Assembly: GCA_040389905.1 (NCBI GenBank)
Contig: JAZJZK010000005.1
Location: forward strand, 192,001 to 256,000
Reading direction: 5' to 3'
Length of the DNA stretch: 64,000 nt
Source of the DNA: Gemmatimonadota bacterium
GTDB taxonomy: Bacteria > Gemmatimonadota > Gemmatimonadetes > Gemmatimonadales > Gemmatimonadaceae
The notes beneath the pieces were generated by a model that saw only the letters and a program-made list of their open reading frames with translations, had not been told where the DNA came from and did not search any database. Positions 41,001-48,220 of this stretch are shown here, piece after piece (the first letter of the stretch is position 1; every line of letters begins with the position of its first letter). Position numbers and translations under genes: made by a program.

Positions 41001-41034
41001 TGGTTCGACGAACAAAGGGGCCTACGGTTGGTAG
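35035..41034 (+). CDS. Giant secreted protein: cohesin-like, dockerin, Ig-like (Big_2/Big_1), two RCC1 propellers, C-terminal RagB/SusD-like domain
   Basis: Signal peptide; duplicated GDVNDDGGVNVIDAQQIARY / GDVTASNSVDIIDAQQIARY; WSTSD..KATVSASGLVTG; many CWG.N..GQLGDG repeats; ENDMLAAE...INASR...KWEKRME...DSRGWGDL...PVPYQE. Confidence 0.8.
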   Translation: MLIDLRIARRARVVAVVSAGVVAASALLPSRGSAQGAVAVNVSDSAQISVVRNKTLRIPIVLVPTGGIDIASFQGDITFGTARLRFDSLTTGPFGVLTPNTSNAASGALVLNATRASGQPARDTIANLYFTADNVLTGALSFAQLGGSRVSARPTAATNGAAANILASVFPRQLDVCVVTGVWGDVNDDGGVNVIDAQQIARYSVGLSVLNDSAVIQRGDVTASNSVDIIDAQQIARYSVGLSAAARINTPAFLPAAVASMTASPGGTQNVAVGGTLQLTADPTNATGASVSGCALVSWSTSDAGKATVSASGLVTGVGNGSAVITATSGAKTATVTVNVGPVNGGTVSAIEFVNGASQYGYTNATVPVEMRAVNATGGTVPGATITLSLTSGPGTLIGPSGTTATVNVVSDANGLATATFSTTTAGASVLNVSAAGITPVTASVTAITRFIGQHICMGNFWSIRCWGNNSLGQLGDGTTSNSLVPVNVNLSGIALALPQASVTVSPQGIGDHTCLLDDAGKAYCWGSNTAGQLGDGTQVNRNNPTAVNTALRFTAIATGSEHTCALTSGGEMYCWGSNFVGQIGDGTRANIRPAPTRVSAAAGVTFVSIALGSQHSCAIGQNVVTYCWGSNASGQLGDGTLVDRAAPTVVTGSLALTTVSAGDTHTCGLTAAGAAFCWGARANGALGDGGSTSLSQPTPVAVANNHVFQSIHAGWLYTCGAKANGEVWCWGANFFGRFGDGTTTATYTVPTFIPFNGHAIRASGWNNTLSAITTCGLAAGTEQVLCWGRNSQGFVGDGTTTDRLLPTVVAQAGAAVGAFGALRPVLPLVPPSATKGSAVADNPTILLRDRLGNPIAGATIEFFVTSGGGTIANATTTTDGSGQASGGTWTLGPNAGINRLTARVAITGPSGASGYTSYVFVAFGTNVAANISIFAGNNQVQRQSLTYPGALTVLVTDAASVPIPNVQITFAVASGGGFVSNSAGASSSSATLLTDANGLARTLASAPGVAQAQTITATGAGLSAVTFNLRSAPLFNNGVHCELTSAGAAYCWGSNDHGQVGDGTTTTPRVLPTAVTGGVAFTSLADGVGDHMCGLTVAGVAWCWGSNAFGQLGDNTTTDRPAPTQVGGGLTFTKLVISFTSTCGRTSAGALYCWGGAGNGIYGDGAIGIVRMLPTAATVGGLVFSDLAMYGSVSGSHLCGIATGGAAYCWGLNDAGQLGDGSFTNRTAPAAVAGGLAFTKISAGDRLTCGLVSTGQVHCWGLGISGQMGNGTTSSSAIPVTGPTNYNFVAFSTSGATSCGINNVGAAYCWGAFASGQGGDGTTVNKSSPTRVEGSIAFGALRLRGATSCGRAAGGSAHVYCWGNNVNGQVGDNSVANRTTPTATTWPEGVAGAAVSVVVSADNPAGYPGSAAWPAPSVLVRDYVGNPVSGVSVTFTVKSGGGSVTGSTAVTDANGIATVGSWILGGAASQTLSATAAGLSAAIFSANPIAFSETTIASLYRTIWGATAGCNNCINTQAHAMALENYSELSNFSMKVRSVIPRTAIGNDAIDSSATANYSTFRALADVARAAAYSIQTVNSIAGAGGGTNTAFGSKAQDARGRAFAFFNAGWALGSLALAFDSSAIVTPASPSGVNPPLSGYRDVSDAAIRMLDSAIAWATSSDITNGANGFPLPSSWINGNPLSQAQFVALVRSHRARIRAGVSRSPAERAAVNWGAVVADAQNGIASDFQLSLSVSAGWSGTLVFDTQQMYSSAQWHQLSMLMFGMADTTGAYASYLASPLSTRDGMFLVRTPDLRFPQGASRAAQQADTPTPLPAGRYIRNRSAGEDIFNSASYSNSFYDFRRWQPISGSGNGQWTQMSKVENDMLAAEGMIRTGNYPGAAVLINASRSAHGLPVITAFNNSSPVPGGNACVPKIPLPPSYNTAGCGNMFEALKWEKRMETLYSCSFMCWFTDSRGWGDLPEGTPVHWPVPYQELDARGKPRYQMAGSTNKGAYGW

Positions 41035-41044
41035 ACTGATGATC

Positions 41045-41073
41045 TGGACAGCAAAACCCTTTCGTCCCATCTT
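41045..41073 (+). promoter_or_regulatory. Putative sigma70 promoter of giant gene 2
   Basis: TGGACA-N17-CATCTT, duplicate of 34959-34987. Confidence 0.55.
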
Positions 41074-41124
41074 CTCGGCCCACCTTCCGTACGTGAGATC
41101 ATCATCGTTATCGGCACCCACAGG

Positions 41125-44100
41125 CTGATCGATCTCCGCATCGCACGCCGCGCATGTGTTGCCGTTGTCGCCTCCGCCGTCGCCGTCACGACGTCGGCCG
41201 TTCTGCCATCCAGCGCATCCGCACAAGGTTCGCTTGCGCTGAATGTTTCGGACAGCGTGCAGCTGTCCGTCGTTCGCGGCCGAACGCTTCGCATTCCGAT
41301 TCTCGTTGTCCCAGCGGGGGGCCTGAGTATTGCCGCGCTCCAGAGCGATGTCATCTTCGGCACGACGCGGCTGCACTTCGACTCACTGACGACCGGCCCG
41401 TTCGGTGTGCTGACGCCGAACACTTCGAACGCCGCATCGGGCGCCCTCGTTCTCAACGCTTCGCGTGGGAGCGGCCAGACGGCGCGCGACACGATCGCAA
41501 ACGTGTTCTTCACCGCTGCCAACGACCGCACGAACGCGCTGTCCTTTGAGAACCTCGGCGGTTCACGAATCAGCGCTGCGCCAACGTCCGCACAGAACGG
41601 AACCGCTGCGAGCATCCTTGCCAGCGTGGTTCCGCGGCAGCTCGATGTCTGCGTCGTGAGCGGAGCATGGGGCGACATGAACGATGATGGCGTCGTCAAT
41701 ATCATCGATGCGCAACAGATTGCCCGGTATTCCGTTGGCCTGTCGGTGGCGAACAATACCGCCGTGATCCAGCGCGGCGATGTAACGGCGGACGGCAACG
41801 TCAATATCATCGATGCACAGCAGATCGCGCGCTTTTCCGTTTCGCTGTCGGCGGTCGCGAGAATCGACACACCGGTGTTCATTCCCGCGGCGGTGGCGAG
41901 CATGACTGCGTCGCCTGGTGGCACGCAGACCGTCGCCGTAGGCGGAATGCAGCAGCTCACCGCAGATCCCAAGAATGCCGATGGCATGTCCGTCGCTGGA
42001 TGTGCACTGGTCGCGTGGTCCACCTCCAATCCCGGCACGGCAACGGTCTCCGCCAGTGGACTGGTGACGGGCATCGCCAACGGAAGCACCGTCATCACCG
42101 CCACGAGCGGTGGGCAGACAGCGAATGTCACCGTCAACGTCGCCCCCACAGGCGGTGGGAGCGTGACTGCAATCGAGTTCGTCGATGACGTAGACCAGTA
42201 CAGCTACACGACTGAAAGTGTCCCCTTTGAGGTGCGAGCCGTGAACGCCGTGGGAGGGACTGTGCCCGGCGCGACCATCACGGTCTCCGTGACGAGTGGA
42301 ACGGCAATACTGTATGGTCCGAGCGGAGTCGTGTCGACGCTGGACCTCGTCACCGACGCGAGTGGTTACGCCACCGCGCCCGTGTACGCCGGCTCTGCCG
42401 GAACGTCCGTCCTCAGCGTCTCTGCGCCGGGCGTCGCTCCCAGAACGGCGTCGCTCACCGCGATCACGCGCTTCCTCGGTCAACACGTCTGCATGGGGAA
42501 CTACTGGTCGATTCGCTGCTGGGGAAACAATTCGCTCGGACAACTCGGCAACGGGACGACGAGCACCAGTATCGACCCCGTGAACGTGAATCTCTCGGGC
42601 ATTGCGCTCGCGCTTCCGCAAACAAAGGTGAGCGTCAGTCAGCAGGGGATTGGCGATCACACGTGCCTGCTCGACGACGCGGGCCAGGCATATTGCTGGG
42701 GTTCGAACACGGCGGGCCAGCTTGGCGACGGCACCCGCGTGAACAAGAGCACTCCGACCGCAGTCAGCACCGCGCTGCGATTCACGACGATTGCGACCGG
42801 TAGCGAACACACCTGCGCGTTGACGAGCGGCGGGGAGATGTATTGCTGGGGTTTCAACTTCTATGGTCAGCTGGGGGACGGCACCAAAACGCGAATTCGC
42901 GTTCTGCCCACGCGCGTCAGCGCACCGGCGGGCGTGACGTTCGCTTCGATGACCGTAGGGACGGCGCACTCGTGCGCGATCGCGCAGACTGGTGCGCCGT
43001 ACTGCTGGGGCTCGAATGCGAGTGGCCAACTCGGCGATGGCACGCAGATCAACCGCGCGCTTCCGGTCGCGGTCACGGGGTCACTGTCACTCAGCTCGAT
43101 GACTGGCGGTGACTCCCACACCTGCGGATTGACCGCGGCTGGCGCGGCATGGTGTTGGGGCAACCGCGCGGCGGGCACGATGGGCGACGGGGGCGGGTCG
43201 GCGTTGTTCCAGCCAGTGCCCACTGCCGTCGCCAACGGTCATGTCTTCCAGTCCATTCACGCTGGTTATCTCTATACCTGTGGAGCGAAGGTCACAGGTT
43301 TGGTTTGGTGCTGGGGGGGCGGGAGCGGCTACGGTCGGTTTGGCGACGGGACGATCATAGCGAACTATGTCGTGCCGACGCTGATTGCATTCACCGGCAA
43401 CGCGATTCACGTGGGAGGATTCAATAGCGCGATTTCCGCCCTGGCCACCTGTGGGTTGACGGAGGTCACGCGGCAGGTGATGTGCTGGGGCAAGAACGAC
43501 CAGGGCTATCTCGGCAACGGGACGACGGATCATAGCACCCTCCCGACCGTCGTGCCGCAGGCCGGTGTCACGGCGGGAACGCCGGGCGCAGTGCAACCCG
43601 TTGTCCCTGTCGTCCCTGTTACGCCTCCGAGCGTCACCGCGGGTACCGCTGTACCACAGTCTCCAGCAATTCTGCTACGCGATCGACTGGGCAATCCGAT
43701 CGTGGGCGCAACGGTCGAGTTCCTGGTGACGGCGGGTGGCGGGTCCGTGGCGAACGCCTCGGCGGTGACGGACGGCGTCGGGCTGGCGAGCAGCGGCACT
43801 TGGACGCTTGGACCGACGCCAGGGTTCAATACCCTCACTGCGCGCGTCTCAGCATTGGCGCCAGGAGGGGCGACAGGTTACGCGCGCCACGTGTTCGCTG
43901 CATTCGGCACGAGCGCGCCCGCGACCATCACGATCGTTGCGGGAAACAATCAGGTGGCGCGCGCCACCCAGACCTATCCAGGCGCGCTGACCGTTCTCGT
44001 GACGGACGCAGCATCCGCGCCGATTCCGAACGTGCCCATCACGTTCGCCATCGGTTCAGTGAGCGGATTGAGCGGGTTGATTGTGTCGAGTCCGGTCCTG

Positions 44101-47100
44101 ACCGATGCTGGCGGTCGCGCGAGCACGTTTGCAAGCTCGGCTTCCTCTGCGCAGTCGTATACGATTACAGCGACGGGCGTCGGCCTCGGCACCGCTACTT
44201 TCACCATGCGTGCGGCGCCGCTCTTCAACAACGGTGTGAACTGCGAATTGACATCCAGTGGTGCGGCGTACTGCTGGGGCTCGAACGATCACGGGCAGGT
44301 CGGTGACGGCACGACGACCACGCCACGGACTTCGCCAACGGCCGTAAGCGGAGGCGTCACCTTCGCCTCGCTCGCAGATGGGTCGGGAGACCACACGTGT
44401 GGTCTTACAATCGCGGGCGCCGCCTGGTGCTGGGGATCGAATGCCTTCGGTCAGCTCGGGGACAACACCATCGTCGATCGGTCGGCTCCAATACTCGTCA
44501 GCGGCGGACTCTCGTTCACGAAGCTCGTCGTCAGCTTCACCAGCACCTGTGGCCGAACGTCCGCCGGCGCGCTCTATTGCTGGGGCAGCGCAGGGCACGG
44601 TATCTACGGCGACGGCGAGCTCGGCACGATTCGCATGACGCCCACGGCAGTAACAGCGGTCGGTCTCGTGTTCAGCGATTTAGCGATGTATGCATCCGCC
44701 TCCGGATCGCACCTCTGCGGATTGGCCGCCGCAGGCGCAGCGTACTGTTGGGGCCTGAACGATGCCGGCCAGCTTGGCGACGGCTCGTTCACGAACCGTC
44801 TCACGCCGACGGCCGTCTCTGGTGGTCTCGCGTTCACGAAAATCGTAGCGGGAGACCGCGTGACGTGCGGGCTCGCAACCTCCGGTCAGGCCTATTGTTG
44901 GGGATTCGGAGCCTCCGGGCAATTGGGCAACAACACAACATCCGTCTCCGCGACGCCTGTTACAGGGGCCACGAACTACAACTTCGTGGCGCTCTCGAGT
45001 TCCGGTGCGTCGGTCTGTGGCATCACGAGTGCTGGGGCGATGTACTGTTGGGGAGCGAACACCAACGGTCAGGTTGGCGACGGGACGCTGGTAAACCGAT
45101 TGCAGCCAACGCGCGTGGAAGGAGGTGTGGCTTTCGGCGCCGTTCGCGCGCGAGTCGCCACGACGTGTGGTCGCGCCGCGGGAGGTGTTGCGCCGGTGTA
45201 CTGCTGGGGCAACAACGTGAATGGTCAGGTCGGCGACTTTTCGGTGGTCTCTCGCGCGACTCCAGTCGTGGTCAGCTGGCCGGAAGGCAGCGCAGGAGTT
45301 CCCGTCTCGCTGGCGATACTCGCCGGGAATCAGTCGGGCTTCGCCGGCGGCGCGGCATCACCAGCACCCTCCGTCGTCGTGCGGGACTATGCGGGCAATC
45401 CGGTGAGCGGCGTGAGCGTGACCTTCACCGTGAGGTCTGGCGGCGGCAGCGTAACGGAGGCGACGGCGATTACCGGGGCGACTGGCTTGGCCACGGTCGG
45501 CAGCTGGGTCTTCGGTGCCGCTGGGCCGCAGACGCTTGCCGCAACAGCGCCGGGCTTGCCGACGGCAATTTTCAGTGCAAGCGCCGCAGCCTTCACCGAG
45601 TCGTCGATTTCATCACTGTACCGGACGGTTTGGGGAGCAACGGCAGGATGCACCGACTGCGTGAATGTCCAGGCGCACGCGCTCGCCGTCGAGAACTACT
45701 CGGCGCTCGCGAACTCCGCGATGAACATCCGCTCAGCCATTCCGCGCGTCGCCATTGGCAATGATCCATCCGAGCCCACAGCCGCGGCGAACTTCTCCAC
45801 CTTCTCCTCGCTCACTGCCGCCGCGCGGACGGCCGCCAATAGTATCCAGGCGTTGAACAGCCTTGCGGGTGCCGGAGGGGGCGCGTCTAACGCATTGGGC
45901 TCAAAGGCGCAGGATGCGCGCGCTCGTGCGTTCGCGTTCTTCAGTTCCGGGCTGGCGCTCGGCAATCTTGCGATTGCGTATGATTCCGCTGCGATCATTA
46001 CGTCGACGACGTCCTCGGCGACCAACCCGCCGTTGTCGGGATACTTCGCCGTCAGCGAGGCGGCGCTTCGCATGCTTGACTCAGCACTCGCGTGGGCAAC
46101 AAGCCCCGACATCACGAGCGGCGCGAATGGATTCCCACTGCCGAGCACGTGGATCAATGGGAATCCGTTGTCGCAAACGCAGTTCGTGGCACTCGTGCGC
46201 GCGCACAAGGCGCGGTTCCGCGCGGGTGTCGCTCGTTCGCCGGCGGAGCGCGCCGCGGTGAACTGGACGCAGGTGATCGCCGACGCGCAGAGCGGCATCA
46301 CGTCGAATTTCGCAGTGACCCTGAACTCGAGCGCTGGTTGGTCACACAGTTCGACGTTCGACGTCAACTTGGCGTACACGTCGGCAGCGTGGCATCAGTT
46401 GAGCATGTTGATGTTAGGCATGGCTGATACGAGCGGTGCGTATGCGAGCTTCATCGCGGCACCGTTGGCGACACGGGATGGGATGTTCCTCGTTCGTACG
46501 CCAGACTTGCGCTTCCCGCAAGGTGCGACGCGCGCCGAACAACAGGCCGACACACCGCCGCTTGTCCCGCTACCCGCGCAACGCTACATCCGGAATCGCG
46601 CGGAGGGCTCGGATGACTTCTCCGGGTTCGCATACGGCCGCTCCTTCTACGATTTCCGTCGATGGCAACTAGTCATTCTGCTGGGCGGAAGCGGACAGTG
46701 GATTCAGATGTCCAAAGTCGAAAACGACATGCTGGCGGCGGAAGGGATGATCCGAACGGGCAACTATGCCAGTGCTGCGTCCTTGATCAACGCGTCGCGC
46801 GCGGCGCATGGGTTGCCGGTGATTACGACGTTCAATAACACCTCACCAGTTCCAGGCGGCAACGCCTGCGTTCCGAAGATTCCCGTCGGACCGGCGTACA
46901 ACACCGTCGCCTGCGGAAACATGTTCGAAGCGCTCAAGTGGGAGAAGCGCATGGAGACGATGTACTCGTGTTCCTTCATGTGCTGGTTCACCGACAGCCG
47001 CGGCTGGGGCGATCTACCTGAGGGCACTCCCGTTCACTGGCCGGTACCGTATCAGGAATTGGACGCCCGCGGCAAGCCGCGTTATCAAATGGCTGGCTCT

Positions 47101-47127
47101 GCGAATAAGGGCGCCTACGGCTGGTAG
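41125..47127 (+). CDS. Tandem paralog of the giant cohesin-dockerin-Ig-RCC1-SusD protein; start codon uncertain
   Basis: Colinear with 35035-41034. The signal-peptide region (LIDLRIARRACVAVVAS...SAQG) lies upstream of the first GTG at 41257; the position matching the paralog's ATG is AGG (41122), followed by CTG (41125). Confidence 0.75.
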   Translation: MIDLRIARRACVAVVASAVAVTTSAVLPSSASAQGSLALNVSDSVQLSVVRGRTLRIPILVVPAGGLSIAALQSDVIFGTTRLHFDSLTTGPFGVLTPNTSNAASGALVLNASRGSGQTARDTIANVFFTAANDRTNALSFENLGGSRISAAPTSAQNGTAASILASVVPRQLDVCVVSGAWGDMNDDGVVNIIDAQQIARYSVGLSVANNTAVIQRGDVTADGNVNIIDAQQIARFSVSLSAVARIDTPVFIPAAVASMTASPGGTQTVAVGGMQQLTADPKNADGMSVAGCALVAWSTSNPGTATVSASGLVTGIANGSTVITATSGGQTANVTVNVAPTGGGSVTAIEFVDDVDQYSYTTESVPFEVRAVNAVGGTVPGATITVSVTSGTAILYGPSGVVSTLDLVTDASGYATAPVYAGSAGTSVLSVSAPGVAPRTASLTAITRFLGQHVCMGNYWSIRCWGNNSLGQLGNGTTSTSIDPVNVNLSGIALALPQTKVSVSQQGIGDHTCLLDDAGQAYCWGSNTAGQLGDGTRVNKSTPTAVSTALRFTTIATGSEHTCALTSGGEMYCWGFNFYGQLGDGTKTRIRVLPTRVSAPAGVTFASMTVGTAHSCAIAQTGAPYCWGSNASGQLGDGTQINRALPVAVTGSLSLSSMTGGDSHTCGLTAAGAAWCWGNRAAGTMGDGGGSALFQPVPTAVANGHVFQSIHAGYLYTCGAKVTGLVWCWGGGSGYGRFGDGTIIANYVVPTLIAFTGNAIHVGGFNSAISALATCGLTEVTRQVMCWGKNDQGYLGNGTTDHSTLPTVVPQAGVTAGTPGAVQPVVPVVPVTPPSVTAGTAVPQSPAILLRDRLGNPIVGATVEFLVTAGGGSVANASAVTDGVGLASSGTWTLGPTPGFNTLTARVSALAPGGATGYARHVFAAFGTSAPATITIVAGNNQVARATQTYPGALTVLVTDAASAPIPNVPITFAIGSVSGLSGLIVSSPVLTDAGGRASTFASSASSAQSYTITATGVGLGTATFTMRAAPLFNNGVNCELTSSGAAYCWGSNDHGQVGDGTTTTPRTSPTAVSGGVTFASLADGSGDHTCGLTIAGAAWCWGSNAFGQLGDNTIVDRSAPILVSGGLSFTKLVVSFTSTCGRTSAGALYCWGSAGHGIYGDGELGTIRMTPTAVTAVGLVFSDLAMYASASGSHLCGLAAAGAAYCWGLNDAGQLGDGSFTNRLTPTAVSGGLAFTKIVAGDRVTCGLATSGQAYCWGFGASGQLGNNTTSVSATPVTGATNYNFVALSSSGASVCGITSAGAMYCWGANTNGQVGDGTLVNRLQPTRVEGGVAFGAVRARVATTCGRAAGGVAPVYCWGNNVNGQVGDFSVVSRATPVVVSWPEGSAGVPVSLAILAGNQSGFAGGAASPAPSVVVRDYAGNPVSGVSVTFTVRSGGGSVTEATAITGATGLATVGSWVFGAAGPQTLAATAPGLPTAIFSASAAAFTESSISSLYRTVWGATAGCTDCVNVQAHALAVENYSALANSAMNIRSAIPRVAIGNDPSEPTAAANFSTFSSLTAAARTAANSIQALNSLAGAGGGASNALGSKAQDARARAFAFFSSGLALGNLAIAYDSAAIITSTTSSATNPPLSGYFAVSEAALRMLDSALAWATSPDITSGANGFPLPSTWINGNPLSQTQFVALVRAHKARFRAGVARSPAERAAVNWTQVIADAQSGITSNFAVTLNSSAGWSHSSTFDVNLAYTSAAWHQLSMLMLGMADTSGAYASFIAAPLATRDGMFLVRTPDLRFPQGATRAEQQADTPPLVPLPAQRYIRNRAEGSDDFSGFAYGRSFYDFRRWQLVILLGGSGQWIQMSKVENDMLAAEGMIRTGNYASAASLINASRAAHGLPVITTFNNTSPVPGGNACVPKIPVGPAYNTVACGNMFEALKWEKRMETMYSCSFMCWFTDSRGWGDLPEGTPVHWPVPYQELDARGKPRYQMAGSANKGAYGW

Positions 47128-47134
47128 TTCGCGC

Positions 47135-48127
47135 TCACAGCACCCCGGCCTTCTTCATGACCGCGAGCGTGCTGTCGAGTGCGAGGCGCGCGCTTTCTTC
47201 TGGCGGCATGGTGTCCGGTATCCGCGGGCCGATGGTCTCCGGCGCTACGCCACCCTGGTAACCGATCGCTTTAAGGGCCTGAAAGAAACCGACAAGATCG
47301 ATAACGCCCTCGCCGGGTAGCCAGCGCATGTCGTCGCGCACGTCTTCGGGCGCCATCGGCCGTGCGTCGGATACGTGAACGTGCACGATGCGCGACGCCT
47401 TCGCGGCGCGGATGTCGGCGACAGTGCCGTCGGAGTGGTACCAGTGCCACGCGTCGAGCGTTACACCAACGTTGGTCCCCGACGCTTCGCAGAGCGCGTG
47501 TGTCTCGCCCAGCGTCCAAATGAAAGGCACCGCAGGATCGGGTGCAGCGCCCGGACGATTGCGGGGCATGCGGAATTGGAGCGGCCCGAGAAACTCGACG
47601 CCCAGCCGCACATCGTGAGGTGCGAGCACCTTCGACAGGGCAGACAAGCGACGCTGCACATGCGTCCAGTGCTCGGCCTTCGGCCGCCCGTTCAGCGTCG
47701 TGGGGCCCAACACGAGTTGGAACAGATCGCATCCGACCGCCCGGCAGAACTGCGCATCCTCCGCGAGCCTCGGTAATTGCGCGTCGAACGCCGCGTCATC
47801 AGCGCCCAGCGGCGCTTGCATCGGCAGGTTGACGGACGTCGGCACGATCGCGAGCTCGGCGAACAGCGCCCGAGTGGCCTCGAGGCCCGCGTTCCGCGCT
47901 GGTGAAAAGGACCAATCGATGCCCTTGTACCCGACGCGCGCTGCCAATCGCGCCTGTTCGGGCCAGCCGACATTCCGCGCGACGGCCCACGGCGGCAACG
48001 ACACGAACATTCCCGTTGGCGCGGTGAGTACGGGGTTCGGCGCCAGTTTCAGGTGCGGCAGGGTAAGCGCTGTGGCGCCGAGCATCGTGCGCGCGAGGAA
48101 TTCGCGTCGATCAATCGTGTTCGACAT
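47135..48127 (-). CDS. Tat-exported sugar phosphate isomerase/epimerase (xylose isomerase-like TIM barrel)
   Basis: DRREFL Tat motif, LGVEFLG, LDAWHW, HVHVSD, PGEGVIDL, GYQG..E. Confidence 0.88.
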   Translation of the reverse strand: MSNTIDRREFLARTMLGATALTLPHLKLAPNPVLTAPTGMFVSLPPWAVARNVGWPEQARLAARVGYKGIDWSFSPARNAGLEATRALFAELAIVPTSVNLPMQAPLGADDAAFDAQLPRLAEDAQFCRAVGCDLFQLVLGPTTLNGRPKAEHWTHVQRRLSALSKVLAPHDVRLGVEFLGPLQFRMPRNRPGAAPDPAVPFIWTLGETHALCEASGTNVGVTLDAWHWYHSDGTVADIRAAKASRIVHVHVSDARPMAPEDVRDDMRWLPGEGVIDLVGFFQALKAIGYQGGVAPETIGPRIPDTMPPEESARLALDSTLAVMKKAGVL

Positions 48128-48220
48128 GGCTATTTCCACCGTTGGTGTGTACGAGTCCAGGCCAGCGATCCAACGAAAGAGTATTTCGCGGCGACGTGCT
48201 CAATGGGGTGGCAAGATGAG

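Noticed and set aside
41032..41034. TAG as a pyrrolysine codon
   Set aside because: The paralog ends with the same GAYGW-TAG, a duplicated promoter follows, and no pyl genes are in the window.
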